From the sequence record OR545507.1: a stretch of 64,000 nucleotides of DNA; one strand, given 5' to 3'. Numbering within the stretch: the first letter of the stretch is position 1; each line of letters opens with the position of its first letter. Under the pieces are notes generated by a model. The model did no database searches, was not told where the DNA came from, and worked only from the letters and a program-made list of their open reading frames with translations. The translations under genes were made by a program, and so were the position numbers. Positions 19,092-29,495 of the stretch are shown piece by piece.

Positions 19092-19499
19092 TTATTCGCC
19101 CATATAGATTAAGTTATCATCGCCTACATAGGGATCGCAAACGTTGATTTCTTCGCAGTACTTCGTGAATACATCGCCATAGTGACCTAAACCACGATCC
19201 CAAAAACCAGTTCCGTGACCTTCGCGGGTAAGGAACAGATCATGACCAGCTTGCTCATAACCGTAATCAATAAACATACCGCGAACTACTTCCAGATCAT
19301 TACCGTGTTTCTCAATGAAGCGAGAACATGCAATCACCGCCGCTTGACGTGCTTCATCAGATAACTCATAATCTTCCAGGTAATCGCCGTTATCATTATG
19401 TACAGTACTGAATTGCATAGCTTCAATGTAAGCTACAACCATTGCAGCATGATTTTTATCGTTAGTGATGTTCCGAGCGAGATTAGTAGTAGTAGACAT
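19092..19499 (-). CDS. conserved phage hypothetical protein (GHD-F-LTR-GHG-GFWDRG motif)
   Basis: AGHDLFLTREGHGTGFWDRG; motif recalled from other phage early proteins, function unknown. Confidence 0.75.
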   Translation of the reverse strand: MSTTTNLARNITNDKNHAAMVVAYIEAMQFSTVHNDNGDYLEDYELSDEARQAAVIACSRFIEKHGNDLEVVRGMFIDYGYEQAGHDLFLTREGHGTGFWDRGLGHYGDVFTKYCEEINVCDPYVGDDNLIYMGE

Positions 19500-19582
19500 G
19501 ATTTTATTCCTTATTGTATTGGGGAGAACTATTCTCCCCTTGATGTAAACTATTATACAGTACTGATATACTTTGTCAATAC

Positions 19583-19804
19583 TTAATTACGTTTAAAATG
19601 ATATGTGCCTTTATCATCCTGTACGCCCCACACTGATTTACCATCAACACCAGTGAAACCGGATTGTAATTCAATATGGAAACCATTATTATCAACTACA
19701 AAAACTTTTTTATTTTCATCCCGATAACATTGATATTCTGAATCAACATTAAAGGCCGCATCATTCAGAAGATTGGAAGCGTAAATGCAAGTCATTGTAG
19801 TCAT
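19583..19804 (-). CDS. hypothetical early protein
   Basis: start MTTMTC after promoter-stem-loop. Confidence 0.7.
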   Translation of the reverse strand: MTTMTCIYASNLLNDAAFNVDSEYQCYRDENKKVFVVDNNGFHIELQSGFTGVDGKSVWGVQDDKGTYHFKRN

Positions 19805-19928
19805 GATTTTATTCCTTATTACCAGGGAGAACCATTTCCCCCTCTCTATGTAAAACATTATACTTGATTCTAAGTACAATGCAAGTACTTTTTATCAAAT
19901 AGTTTTCAGTACTGAATACTTATATAAT

Positions 19929-20012
19929 AGATACACTTCCGCACCCTATGGGTCAGTGAGTTATCTCTCAATGAATATATAATAGCAAAGGGACTGACCG
20001 GAGTCAATCCCT
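19929..20012 (-). repeat. promoter-CCCANNGGGTGC element B
   Basis: same terminator/promoter; GAG-AGATAA-CTC hairpin; ACCCATAGGGTGCGGAAGTGTATCT. Confidence 0.8.
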
Positions 20013-20025
20013 TTTTTAATCTTTT

Positions 20026-20610
20026 TTATCGTGTTACCTTACTTGCTTCTACATCACGCTTTTTATAGTACTGATTCCAGATATTGCGGGTTAAACCGTA
20101 ATCAAGTACTTTAATAAGGCCATTACGATCCTGGCCGATATTCTGTTTTCTGATATCTCTTATCGTTAGTGTTGATAATGTATCATCAACGTGTTGTAGT
20201 GCATCAGCAAAGCGGTGCTGGCGTTCAATGGCATTACGTTTAATATTGTACTTTAATTCATTGCACGCGTTTACGTGCTTTACACTGCCTTTACTTGCAG
20301 TACTCAACCGATCCATAACGATAAACATATTATCAGGATCGCATAAATGCATATGCACCTTTGCAAAGTACTGTTTCAATTGAGGGCGGTCATAATCTAA
20401 AAAATTCCATACCTTACATTCAGTTTCATTTTGTTCTACACCCGCATCACAATTCGCGACCTTGATCACTAACCGATCATTTAAAGCGAATACAATACGG
20501 GAAGAACCCGCACCGATGATCTCCAGACCAGCTAACCGACAAGCTGAAAGGATCTCTTTGTTGGTTTCCATTTCTGACAGGGTACGGATGAATTTAGTAT
20601 AATTACGCAT
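20026..20610 (-). CDS. minimal protein-kinase-like protein
   Basis: IGAGSSRIVF (Gly loop), LVIKVA, QNETE, RDIRKQN, VLDYG. Confidence 0.75.
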   Translation of the reverse strand: MRNYTKFIRTLSEMETNKEILSACRLAGLEIIGAGSSRIVFALNDRLVIKVANCDAGVEQNETECKVWNFLDYDRPQLKQYFAKVHMHLCDPDNMFIVMDRLSTASKGSVKHVNACNELKYNIKRNAIERQHRFADALQHVDDTLSTLTIRDIRKQNIGQDRNGLIKVLDYGLTRNIWNQYYKKRDVEASKVTR

Positions 20611-20641
20611 TGCATGTTCTCCTTGAGTTAATGAAACTATC

Positions 20642-20884
20642 TTACAGTACTTTACTATCAATGGCAACTACTTTTTTAACATTAACGGCGTGGATCACCT
20701 CCTTAGTGTTTTTAGTACTGAATACTTTCGCCGCCCCATTCACGACCGTGATACGATAGCGACCATTAACATCAACCATATTAATAAAGTCCGGCGTGCT
20801 GAATGGTGTTGTTTTACATTTGAGTACTGTTAACAATTCCACCAGCGATGTAGTTTCTTTGATACGTTTTTCTAAAGTAATCAT
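20642..20884 (-). CDS. hypothetical early protein
   Basis: ORF with TTGACA-N17-TACTAT promoter. Confidence 0.7.
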   Translation of the reverse strand: MITLEKRIKETTSLVELLTVLKCKTTPFSTPDFINMVDVNGRYRITVVNGAAKVFSTKNTKEVIHAVNVKKVVAIDSKVL

Positions 20885-20942
20885 TTTGTTTTTCCCCGTG
20901 TTGGTATGTACATATAGTACTAAAACATTTGAGTACTGTCAA

Positions 20943-21161
20943 TTAGATAATATTATATTTCTTAAAATAAAATGCGTCCTGTGTTGGTTGATACTCAATG
21001 CCATTGCCGTTATTGACTTCAACTAATAAACCTTTGTCAATAAGTTTTTTAATAGTACGATACCCTTGTTGAAAATTGGTAAAATGTGAATCATTACGAA
21101 AGGTATAACCGTGCTTAACTGCTTCATCAATAGTTTTCTTTTCGATTTTAGATAATTTCAT
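20943..21161 (-). CDS. hypothetical early protein
   Basis: start MKLSKIE; promoter duplicated from 20885 region. Confidence 0.7.
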   Translation of the reverse strand: MKLSKIEKKTIDEAVKHGYTFRNDSHFTNFQQGYRTIKKLIDKGLLVEVNNGNGIEYQPTQDAFYFKKYNII

Positions 21162-21214
21162 TTTGTTTCTCCCGTGTTGGTATATGTACATAGTACTAAA
21201 ACATTTGAGTACTG

Positions 21215-21469
21215 TCAACGTGATATTAGTTTTATTTTCTTATTATATTGTTGGTGTTCATATAGGTTTATCTTTCCTGTGTTCTCAATTACTATTCTGT
21301 TGTTAGTGTCCACATCGATTACACGCAGTTTCCCGTTGCTTAACTTCCTTGGTAATAGGTTACCATTAATAAACTCATTAGCAAGCTGTACGGCCTTTGT
21401 GATGATTCTCTTCGGTGCTTTATAGTGTACCCGTAAGATGTTATCTTTATATAGTTGAACCTTAATCAT
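21215..21469 (-). CDS. hypothetical early protein
   Basis: ORF. Confidence 0.65.
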   Translation of the reverse strand: MIKVQLYKDNILRVHYKAPKRIITKAVQLANEFINGNLLPRKLSNGKLRVIDVDTNNRIVIENTGKINLYEHQQYNKKIKLISR

Positions 21470-21486
21470 TTTGTTTGTCCTATAAA

Positions 21487-21509
21487 AAAGGCGGGAACTG
21501 ATCCCGCCG
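21487..21509 (-). terminator. rho-independent terminator
   Basis: GGCGGGA-N-TCCCGCC followed by TTTTT on minus strand. Confidence 0.65.
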
Positions 21510-21530
21510 TGTTGTTAGTACTGCAAGTTA

Positions 21531-21935
21531 TTAGATAACCTGGCGGCGTTTACTGAATACTGTTACACGATTACCCTTACGGTCGTGTCGGATCTCTTTC
21601 TGGTTGCGAATCAGTTCACTTGGACGCTTAAGGTTTGCCAGGTGATCCGCGTGAGTCCATGCGGTGTGGTTTACCTGTACTTTGATATCAGAATCAGCGA
21701 TAAACTCATCTTGTGCGTCAAGTATTGCCGCCAGCATATCCGCTCGTTTTAGTTCTGCTGCTGTCAGTACTGGCTCAGGTGAATTCACAATATCAGAGAT
21801 TTCTTTGAACTGTACGGCCCAGCGTTGACCTTTCGGTGCATCTTTGCCCATGTCTTTAAATGCTGCTCCTTCCTCGCGTGCAACAATACGGGCAGCTTCA
21901 CGGGTAGCGTAGAATTTAGTAATCATGGTATACAT
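21531..21935 (-). CDS. hypothetical early protein (paralogue of 33713)
   Basis: FYATREAARIVAR..FKDMG..RWA..DRKGNRVTV. Confidence 0.75.
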   Translation of the reverse strand: MYTMITKFYATREAARIVAREEGAAFKDMGKDAPKGQRWAVQFKEISDIVNSPEPVLTAAELKRADMLAAILDAQDEFIADSDIKVQVNHTAWTHADHLANLKRPSELIRNQKEIRHDRKGNRVTVFSKRRQVI

Positions 21936-22021
21936 CCTATTAGTTGAGATAGTACTACAAGTTAGAGTCTATTATAAAGTACTATCTGGGCAATGTCAAA
22001 TAGTACTTTAAATGGATTCTA

Positions 22022-22345
22022 TTACATGTCTTTCTTACGTTTTACATCGTAGTATCGAACTGTAATTTCTTTGTTGATCTCTTCCTCGATGCGGTGAATA
22101 ACTTTTTCTTTCGGGTTGAAACCTATAACGGTTTCTTTAATGATCTCCAAGCCCGTGTATTCGCCTTGTGTACCGTAACCGTATGTAAAGGTTTCGTGTC
22201 CCAGGTCTTCCCAGCGGTCGCCAATTAACGCTGACACGTAGCAAGAGTGGTAAGTATTGCCGTTCCGATCAGTCCAGCGATTAACTTTAATGTCAAAGGA
22301 GGTTACAATTTTCAGTTCTACTTTCTGGGTAAGGATCATAGCCAT
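22022..22345 (-). CDS. hypothetical early protein (paralogue of 28140)
   Basis: RWTDRNGNTYHSC..FTYGY..VKRKKDM. Confidence 0.75.
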   Translation of the reverse strand: MAMILTQKVELKIVTSFDIKVNRWTDRNGNTYHSCYVSALIGDRWEDLGHETFTYGYGTQGEYTGLEIIKETVIGFNPKEKVIHRIEEEINKEITVRYYDVKRKKDM

Positions 22346-22432
22346 TTTTATTTCTCTCTCTTTGTTAGGAGGGGAACCATTCCCCTCGCTTGATGTAAAC
22401 TATTATACAGTACTAAGATACTTTGTCAATAC

Positions 22433-22615
22433 TTATTTTTTGGAAAGTTTACGCATTAATTCTACGCTTTCTTGTGAACGTTTTGCTACCTGGCAAGCTG
22501 TATGGGCAGTAAACATTTTTGTATAGTCTGACGCTTTGCCACCAAACCGAGCGGCACGTTCACGGGCACTTGGAACTAATACTATTTCTTTCTTGCAGAT
22601 AGTGCACTTAGCCAT
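22433..22615 (-). CDS. small Cys/His-containing protein
   Basis: CxxC...HxxC; start MAKC. Confidence 0.7.
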   Translation of the reverse strand: MAKCTICKKEIVLVPSARERAARFGGKASDYTKMFTAHTACQVAKRSQESVELMRKLSKK

Positions 22616-22703
22616 TTTTATTTCTCTCTCTTTGTTAGGAGGGGAACCGTTTCCCCTCACTTGATGTAAACTATTATACAGTACTAAGATACTTTATCAA
22701 TAC

Positions 22704-22979
22704 TTAAGTATTGTAAATGTCGTGAATAGTGATAAAGTTTTTACGACCGTAAACCTGCAAATCAATATCAATGTAGTGCTTATCTAGTACATCCTCGACG
22801 CTTAACGCGGTGTCGTGGATATCTTCGTAGAATTGAGGATCTACAATCTTGCTTAAGTCATCCGGCGTTAACTTATCGTTAAGCCATTGAACCGCCTGGA
22901 TATCTGCTTCACGTTTCCAGTCTTCCAGGTTAGTAGTCAGTACTTGTTCGATTTCGTTAGCTGTCAGTAGAATCCGCAT
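22704..22979 (-). CDS. hypothetical early protein
   Basis: ORF with own promoter. Confidence 0.7.
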   Translation of the reverse strand: MRILLTANEIEQVLTTNLEDWKREADIQAVQWLNDKLTPDDLSKIVDPQFYEDIHDTALSVEDVLDKHYIDIDLQVYGRKNFITIHDIYNT

Positions 22980-23048
22980 TTTTATGTTTCCTTATCAGTG
23001 GTTGATGTAAGTATTATACTCGTTTACTTTCTATTGTCAAACTATTTT

Positions 23049-23126
23049 ATCAGGGGAGTTTTTCGTATGTCTTACTCCTGGACTACTTAACAGGGTTACT
23101 TATTTCGTTCCCCGTCCTGATGTAAA
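23049..23126 (-). ncRNA. candidate structured small RNA, copy 1
   Basis: consensus promoter, no ATG, near-identical copy at 33037, hairpins. Confidence 0.5.
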
Positions 23127-23202
23127 ACATTATACTTGATTCTAAGTACAATGCAAGTACTTTTTTAAAAATAGTTTTCAGTACTAGCCACCAGCAAACA
23201 AT

Positions 23203-23283
23203 AGATACATTTATGCACCCTGTGGGCTGATTTGTTTCTATGCGTATATAATAGCAAAGGGACTGACCGGAGTCAATCCCTTT
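23203..23283 (-). repeat. promoter-CCCANNGGGTGC element C
   Basis: same terminator/promoter; GCCCACAGGGTGCATAAATGTATCT. Confidence 0.8.
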
Positions 23284-23720
23284 TTCAAATATTTTTAAAC
23301 TTCTTTCGGGTTGCGATAGGTGATAGCGTTCGGGTACATTTGTTTAATGTTATTCCATGCCTGGTTAACATTATAACCACTTGAGCGAATCAGTTGGTTA
23401 CTACCGACACCTTGAAACACTACTTCGAATAAGAATTCTTTCATGCTTTCACCTCGCTATCTGCTTTACCTTTACGCCAGGACATTACTAATTGTTCGCG
23501 TTGCCATAAGTCGAGTGATACAAAAAGTTTTGCGGTATCACTTTTAGGATACTCGCCAGTAGTACCTAACCGATAAAACAGATCTTTCAGTACTGATAAT
23601 TCTACTTGAATCATTTTATTACTCCTGATTGCGTTAATACTTCTACTATTGCATGAATGATCATAAGTACAGCTAACACAATAATCATCGGATTCATTTG
23701 CATAAGCTGTACTCCTTATA

Positions 23721-23933
23721 TTAATCTTTCAGCCAATGATCTTGAATGAATTTTTCACCGTATCCCTGTTTCATGGATTCTAACAGGCGTTCGCGGTGAG
23801 CGGCGGCATATTGCTCAGTACTATGCGTTACGCCAGGCTGATAACGTGATACCCCATCCGGTCCGATGTATTGTACATCCCACGGTTTTTCGTTAGTATC
23901 AGACCATTTACGAACGATTAGTTGACCTTGCAT
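23721..23933 (-). CDS. hypothetical early protein
   Basis: ORF behind promoter-stem-loop. Confidence 0.7.
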   Translation of the reverse strand: MQGQLIVRKWSDTNEKPWDVQYIGPDGVSRYQPGVTHSTEQYAAAHRERLLESMKQGYGEKFIQDHWLKD

Positions 23934-24016
23934 TTTTCTTTCCTCTCAGTGGGGAGAATCATTTCTCCCCTTCATGTAACTTATTATACAGTACTAGATT
24001 ATCTTGTCAATAGTTT

Positions 24017-24340
24017 TTATTCACCTTGTTTGAATTTAGTTTTCTCCATTGATTCCATGATTGCAACCAATACGCTGTGGATCTCGCTTAACGCGGAATC
24101 ACTGAAAGCATTAATGAATAGTCGATCATTCTCGCGAATATTTTTAATGTACTTTTCAGCAGTAGTTGCGAATTCATTCAACGGTAGATCAAATGCTTTA
24201 TCCCATGATGGATGGCGTAATTGTAACAGTACTGGATTATCACGATCACCAGGGGAAAACGTACCAGTGATGAAACATACGCCCGGAATACTTTCGAACT
24301 GGCAACGGACTTCCTTTGTGATAGTAGTATGAATGTACAT
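24017..24340 (-). CDS. hypothetical early protein
   Basis: ORF with GAGG RBS. Confidence 0.7.
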   Translation of the reverse strand: MYIHTTITKEVRCQFESIPGVCFITGTFSPGDRDNPVLLQLRHPSWDKAFDLPLNEFATTAEKYIKNIRENDRLFINAFSDSALSEIHSVLVAIMESMEKTKFKQGE

Positions 24341-24367
24341 TTATTGTTATCCTCTATTAAATTAATA

Positions 24368-24562
24368 TTACAGTTTATGAATCAATTCTTTATCTAAGCG
24401 ATAGCGTACATTATTAATAGTAACGGCATTGTTTTTAATGCTACGCTGTACAGGTCCACCAGCAATAACAAATGTTGCTTTATTACCCCGAACAATGATA
24501 GCACTTCCAGGATTACCGAAATCATCTTGTACTAAAATACTTGATAAGTTTTCCATTTTCAT
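24368..24562 (-). CDS. hypothetical early protein
   Basis: ORF behind promoter-stem-loop. Confidence 0.7.
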   Translation of the reverse strand: MKMENLSSILVQDDFGNPGSAIIVRGNKATFVIAGGPVQRSIKNNAVTINNVRYRLDKELIHKL

Positions 24563-24637
24563 TTCCTCTTAGTAGGGGAAGATGTTTCCCCTTGATGTAA
24601 GTACTATAACACTACTGGATAGTACTGTCAATACTTT

Positions 24638-24895
24638 TTATCTCATAGATCTATGCCAACAATTACGCGGGGGACGTTTAAAAGTACTATCATGATCCTC
24701 CTGGCAAGTTATGCAGTACTTACATCCCTTAACAGCCTGGCGGCGATTCTCAGGGATTTTATCGCCACAGTCGAGGCAATGTATCAGTGATTCTATTTGT
24801 GCGTTAATTTGCTTTCTAGCGTGGTTTACGGCGGCCTGAATCACTGCGTTAATCTCGTCTTGTTCGGCCCCGTCTTTCGCGAATCCTACAGCCAT
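24638..24895 (-). CDS. TraR/DksA C4-type zinc finger protein (YbiI-like)
   Basis: MAVGFAKDGAEQDEI...CLDCGDKIPENRRQAVKGCKYCITCQE. Confidence 0.9.
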   Translation of the reverse strand: MAVGFAKDGAEQDEINAVIQAAVNHARKQINAQIESLIHCLDCGDKIPENRRQAVKGCKYCITCQEDHDSTFKRPPRNCWHRSMR

Positions 24896-25092
24896 TATTT
24901 TAACCTTTTTCTATCATTAATTAATGCTTTCAGTACTATACTAATAACTTGCAATGATTCATCAATGACTATAAAATTATTTTCTTTCATTAGATGATAG
25001 TTACCATTGATATTATATTCTAACGAGTACTGTTTACGTTTAATTTTTGATAATGTTTCTATTTGTTTTTGTACTGATTTCATGCTAATCAT
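24895..25092 (-). CDS. hypothetical protein
   Basis: ORF abutting TraR gene. Confidence 0.6.
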   Translation of the reverse strand: MISMKSVQKQIETLSKIKRKQYSLEYNINGNYHLMKENNFIVIDESLQVISIVLKALINDRKRLK

Positions 25093-25713
25093 TGTTAAAC
25101 GTCCTGTAACGCATTCTAACGAGATAAACGGTTTAGTACTGGCATTGTATAGGGTAATGAATTAAAGCCCACCAGCGTTAACCAGTGGGCTATAATCTTA
25201 CATCTTGCGGATAATCTTAACAGTATCTTTCACCGATTTACCGTCTTGCTGGCATTGCTCGATCATTGCGTATTGTTCTGCGGTCAGATCCTCGCCAGTT
25301 TTTGCCAGTACTGCGTCGATGAATGAATCCAGTGCGATCATTTTATTTCTCTCTTAGGTTAAGTTAACTACTGTTTATAAAACTTATTATACAGTACTAT
25401 CAAACGTTGTCAATATATTTAATAGTACTGGTAATATATTTTAGCGGTAATCGTCGTATGCTTTATTCACCTGGCGAATGTAACTTTCAAAGGCTTCGTC
25501 TACCGTTTCATACTCCCGAACATAATCACCATAGGAAACTACATACATACCTTTTTGATCTTCAAACGTCATGATGATAGAATCCAGACCAACGATTTCA
25601 GTTTTTGCGATGATAGCCATTTTTTTAATTCCTTAGTAGTGTAGTTGATAAAACTTATTATGCCAGTACTATCAATCATTGTCAATAGCTTTGATAGTAC
25701 TGTGATAATATTT

Positions 25714-25926
25714 TTAGTTAATGATAGTCAGTGTAAAATTGTAATCACCACAGCGATATAGCACGTTATTCCCAAATGTTCCAACTAATCGCACATCACA
25801 CAAAACGCCGGTTTTTTCTTTTACTTCCTTGATACTTGTAACTCCTGTAATATCTTTATTAAAGTATTCATGATCTGAAAATAAAACTTGTTTTGCATTT
25901 TTTAATTTCGACCGGATATTAGCCAT
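25714..25926 (-). CDS. hypothetical early protein
   Basis: ORF behind promoter-stem-loop. Confidence 0.7.
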   Translation of the reverse strand: MANIRSKLKNAKQVLFSDHEYFNKDITGVTSIKEVKEKTGVLCDVRLVGTFGNNVLYRCGDYNFTLTIIN

Positions 25927-26021
25927 TTTGTTTTCTCTCTGTTAGTGGGGAGAAGTTTTTCTCCCCTTGATGTAAACTATTATACAGTACTATAATCTAT
26001 TGTCAAACTATTTTTTTTATA

Positions 26022-26363
26022 TTATTCGAAATCTTCTGGACCGGACTGATAATCATCTTCACCGTATGCACTTTCTAACTTCTCGCCAGTGTGGTCATCA
26101 GTTAGTGAGTCATCCTCATAGTTCACGTCTACGCCAGTGATGTAAAACTGGCTATCGTCTGGATCATTGAAATTAATTTTCTGTATGTTTACAATAACTG
26201 TATTGATGCCCAGGACACCGCCATCAGCCGTTACAAAGTACTGATATTTTTCACAACCGCCTGAATTGAAACCGTAATTAATTTCGGCCCGACCATCATT
26301 TAAACGCAGTGCCTGAGCGATGATTTCATTTTCAAAGTTAGATTGAGCAATTGAGATAGTCAT
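26022..26363 (-). CDS. conserved acidic phage hypothetical protein
   Basis: YFVTADGGVL...VDVNYED...ESAYGE; motif recalled from other phages. Confidence 0.75.
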   Translation of the reverse strand: MTISIAQSNFENEIIAQALRLNDGRAEINYGFNSGGCEKYQYFVTADGGVLGINTVIVNIQKINFNDPDDSQFYITGVDVNYEDDSLTDDHTGEKLESAYGEDDYQSGPEDFE

Positions 26364-26485
26364 GATTTGTTTCCTTATTACCAGGGGAAACCGTTTCCCC
26401 TTTCGATGTAAAACATTATACGCTTATTGAGATAGTTTGCAAGTACTTTTTAAAAATAGTTTTCAGTACTCAAACATTATACAAT

Positions 26486-26572
26486 AGATACACTCCTGCA
26501 CCCTGTGGGCTAGTGAGCTATCTCTCAATGAATATATAATAGCAAAATGGCTGACCGAAGTCAACCACTTTT
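26486..26572 (-). repeat. promoter-CCCANNGGGTGC element D
   Basis: GTGGTTGAC-TTCG-GTCAGCCAT hairpin/promoter; GAG-AGATAG-CTC; GCCCACAGGGTGCAGGAGTGTATCT. Confidence 0.8.
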
Positions 26573-27250
26573 TTCATTTATTTTTAGCTTTTAGAATCGC
26601 CGCCTTTCGTGTCATTCCTTGTTTGATGTACTCCTTTACTTTCGCTTTTTTAGCGTTTACCTTGTCTGCTTTCGTTTTAGGAGTACTGTAAATTATACCG
26701 TTAGGATTCATTTAAATCACCATAAAGAATAGATAGGTTACTAACAACGCCGCGATCAATGCACCGACCAGGGCCGAACTATAGTAAGCTAATGTTTTCA
26801 TTTTTTAGCCTGAAAATAATGTTTAATTTGTGCGGCGGTCAATGCACAATTACGCAGGAAGTTTTCTGTATAACTGCGGCGAGTACTGAAAGAGAATTGA
26901 CCTTTGCCGTTGCCGATAGTAACATCAAACCGAGCGTTGTATTGTTTCATTTTGATTCTCCTTGTATCAGGGGAGAACCATTTCCCCCCCCTCTATGTAA
27001 ACAATTATACAGTACTGGAAACTAATTGCAAGTACTATTTTTTAGATTTACGCAAACTTTCTACCATCTCAGGAGTAAGGCCCGGCGGGTAGGAAACCAC
27101 TTCATCCACAAAACGCAAAGGGAATACCCCAGCGAAAGGTGAACGTGCTTTCTTGTTAGTACTCTTTTTTGATGCTTTCATTTCATATTCCTTAATTAGT
27201 GGGGAGAATCATTTCTCCCCTTCATGTAAAACATTATACAGTACTGAAAA

Positions 27251-27460
27251 CTAATTGCAAGTACTATTTGAAAGTAAATGCTCATACGCTGCATTAACTA
27301 CGTTTTCAATAACCGACTGTACAGAAAGATCCCCCACGTCCCGGCTATAGTAGAAATCGCTTACAGTGGTGTCATCGTATGCAAATACTTTACCAGGTAC
27401 GGCATCAATCACATACATATTAACCTTTAAGATGTCGATCTTATCCTGTACAGTAAGCAT
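27251..27460 (-). CDS. hypothetical early protein
   Basis: ORF. Confidence 0.65.
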   Translation of the reverse strand: MLTVQDKIDILKVNMYVIDAVPGKVFAYDDTTVSDFYYSRDVGDLSVQSVIENVVNAAYEHLLSNSTCN

Positions 27461-27465
27461 ATTAA

Positions 27466-27738
27466 TTAACCTTTTAAGTACTGGCTTAAGTAGTCTTGTT
27501 GATCTTCGGTGATTGCAGCCATCTTCCCTAGTACTGGATTGATGATATAATCCCCTGTAACGTCCTGTAACGCATTCTCAGGCGGTTTAACGGCTGGGGT
27601 AGCCATAGCCATTGCCTGGACTTGTTCGACGCTGTAACGCTCATAAAGGCGGCATTCTTCCGGTGTTAACATAGCATCAGTACGCTTCATCGGTTTAATG
27701 ATGCTTTCGATCTCATTCAGTACTTGATTAACGTTCAT
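27466..27738 (-). CDS. hypothetical early protein
   Basis: ORF. Confidence 0.7.
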   Translation of the reverse strand: MNVNQVLNEIESIIKPMKRTDAMLTPEECRLYERYSVEQVQAMAMATPAVKPPENALQDVTGDYIINPVLGKMAAITEDQQDYLSQYLKG

Positions 27739-27789
27739 GGTATAATCCCCAATATAAGCGGCCTGAATCGACCGCTAACGATGTTTTGA

Positions 27790-28059
27790 TTAATAGGTGT
27801 ATGGTTGACGTTCAAACAATGATTGCACGTTGTACGCCCCACTAATGGGCTTTGCTGGTAAATCAATTTTATATTGTTCACGCTTAAAGATAATAAAACG
27901 GCAATTGTTTTTTACATCAAAATTGATTGAACGTTCCAGGAGTTTTCCATCGTGTACAAATACAAGATAACCGCTTGCTACTTGTTTTGTAGTACTGGTT
28001 GCAACCATAGACCGACGAACATGCGTACCTGCATCGATTAAAGTACTGATATTTTTCAT
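27790..28059 (-). CDS. hypothetical early protein
   Basis: ORF with GAGG RBS. Confidence 0.7.
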   Translation of the reverse strand: MKNISTLIDAGTHVRRSMVATSTTKQVASGYLVFVHDGKLLERSINFDVKNNCRFIIFKREQYKIDLPAKPISGAYNVQSLFERQPYTY

Positions 28060-28139
28060 TATACGATCCTCTTAAGTTAATTTAATTTCTTTCCCCTATG
28101 CAGACACTATATCAAAGTATCTGCATAAAGTAAAGCTAA

Positions 28140-28463
28140 TTAAAGATCTTTTTTGCGTTTAACATTCTGTACAGTACAATGCAACGGGATATTAAGATCA
28201 TTGCACACACGAGTAAGGGAGGTTTCATCAGTATTAAGCCCGTCTACTGATTCCTTTAAGAGAGATAACGCCGTTTGTTGATATGCATCTTCATAGCCAT
28301 AAGTAAATGATTCAACCGCCAGATCATTCAAACCGTTATCCAGTTCAACGCTTACATGACAAGAATGATAAGTATTGCCATATGAATCAGTCCAACGTTT
28401 ACCGTCAACATTGATTGCACGGATTGCAGCCAGGGAAACGGTGTTAATGATAGTTTTAGCCAT
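28140..28463 (-). CDS. hypothetical early protein (paralogue of 22022)
   Basis: RWTDSYGNTYHSC..FTYGY..VKRKKDL. Confidence 0.75.
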   Translation of the reverse strand: MAKTIINTVSLAAIRAINVDGKRWTDSYGNTYHSCHVSVELDNGLNDLAVESFTYGYEDAYQQTALSLLKESVDGLNTDETSLTRVCNDLNIPLHCTVQNVKRKKDL

Positions 28464-28782
28464 TTTTGTATTCCTTAAATTAATATGTTGTCTTGATAAA
28501 ATCTATTATGCCAGTACTATCAAACTATGTCAATAGTACTGTGATAATATTTTTACTTACTTTTTGCTTTCTTTGCTGCTTCCACCTGGTCGGCCCATTC
28601 TTTACCCCATACTTGTAAATTATAATGGTACTGGCAAAGAGCAACGCCCCGCTTTAAACCCGTAATAGATTTCTGACCACATTGACAAGTTTTCATTTTA
28701 GTTTCCTTGTAGTGGGGAGAACCATTTCTCCCCTTGATGTAATGTATTATACTTTATTCGATTTACTTTGCAAGTACTTTTT

Positions 28783-29010
28783 TTAATTTAATTCATCCAG
28801 GCAAAGGATACGCTCAACGCCCAAATCAGTTAAACTAATCGACGGCACTTGATAGGTTTCAATGTATGCTACACTTGCCCACTGACCGAACTCATTAACG
28901 GCCCAGGTATTCATTGCATTTTGCAATTCCGCACCTTCCTTGTTGGTAATTACAGCAACAGTAGAAGAATTACCAGTAGTACCAGATACGCGAGTGATTA
29001 CGATAGCCAT
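28783..29010 (-). CDS. hypothetical early protein
   Basis: ORF with own promoter. Confidence 0.7.
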   Translation of the reverse strand: MAIVITRVSGTTGNSSTVAVITNKEGAELQNAMNTWAVNEFGQWASVAYIETYQVPSISLTDLGVERILCLDELN

Positions 29011-29445
29011 TTTTTAATTCCTATTCAGTAGTTGATGTATGTATTATGTCAGTACTTAAAACTATTGTCAAACTATTTTTTAAAGTTTATCAATGATTGA
29101 TGCCGTTTCATTGATAGTCTTGCCGTGTTTTGCACACGCGATAACTGCTTTAAATTCCTTTGATGACCAATCTTTCTTGCTGCATACTGACATTACTTGT
29201 AAAGTAAAACAATCCAGTTCATAAGTATTCATCTTTAAATCCTCAGTTAGTTAAGGTGTCTCGCCTTGATGTAATTAATTATACGCTAATCTCTTAATCG
29301 TGCAAGTACTTTTTATTACTTTTTGCAAAATACTTTAAACGCTCTCAATCGCATTCTAACGACCTTAACTCCACCAGCTAGGGCGATGTATCAGATAATC
29401 AGTTTAATGCGTTAGGCGGTGCTAGTGGACTGGAATACTATAGAC

Positions 29446-29488
29446 ACAAAAAAGCCCACTGTTTAAGGTGGGCTAGTGATTCAGTACT
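29446..29488 (-). terminator. terminator, 43-bp direct repeat copy 1
   Basis: AGCCCAC-CTTAAACA-GTGGGCT-TTTTT; identical copy at 30182. Confidence 0.75.
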
Positions 29489-29495
29489 TTAATTT

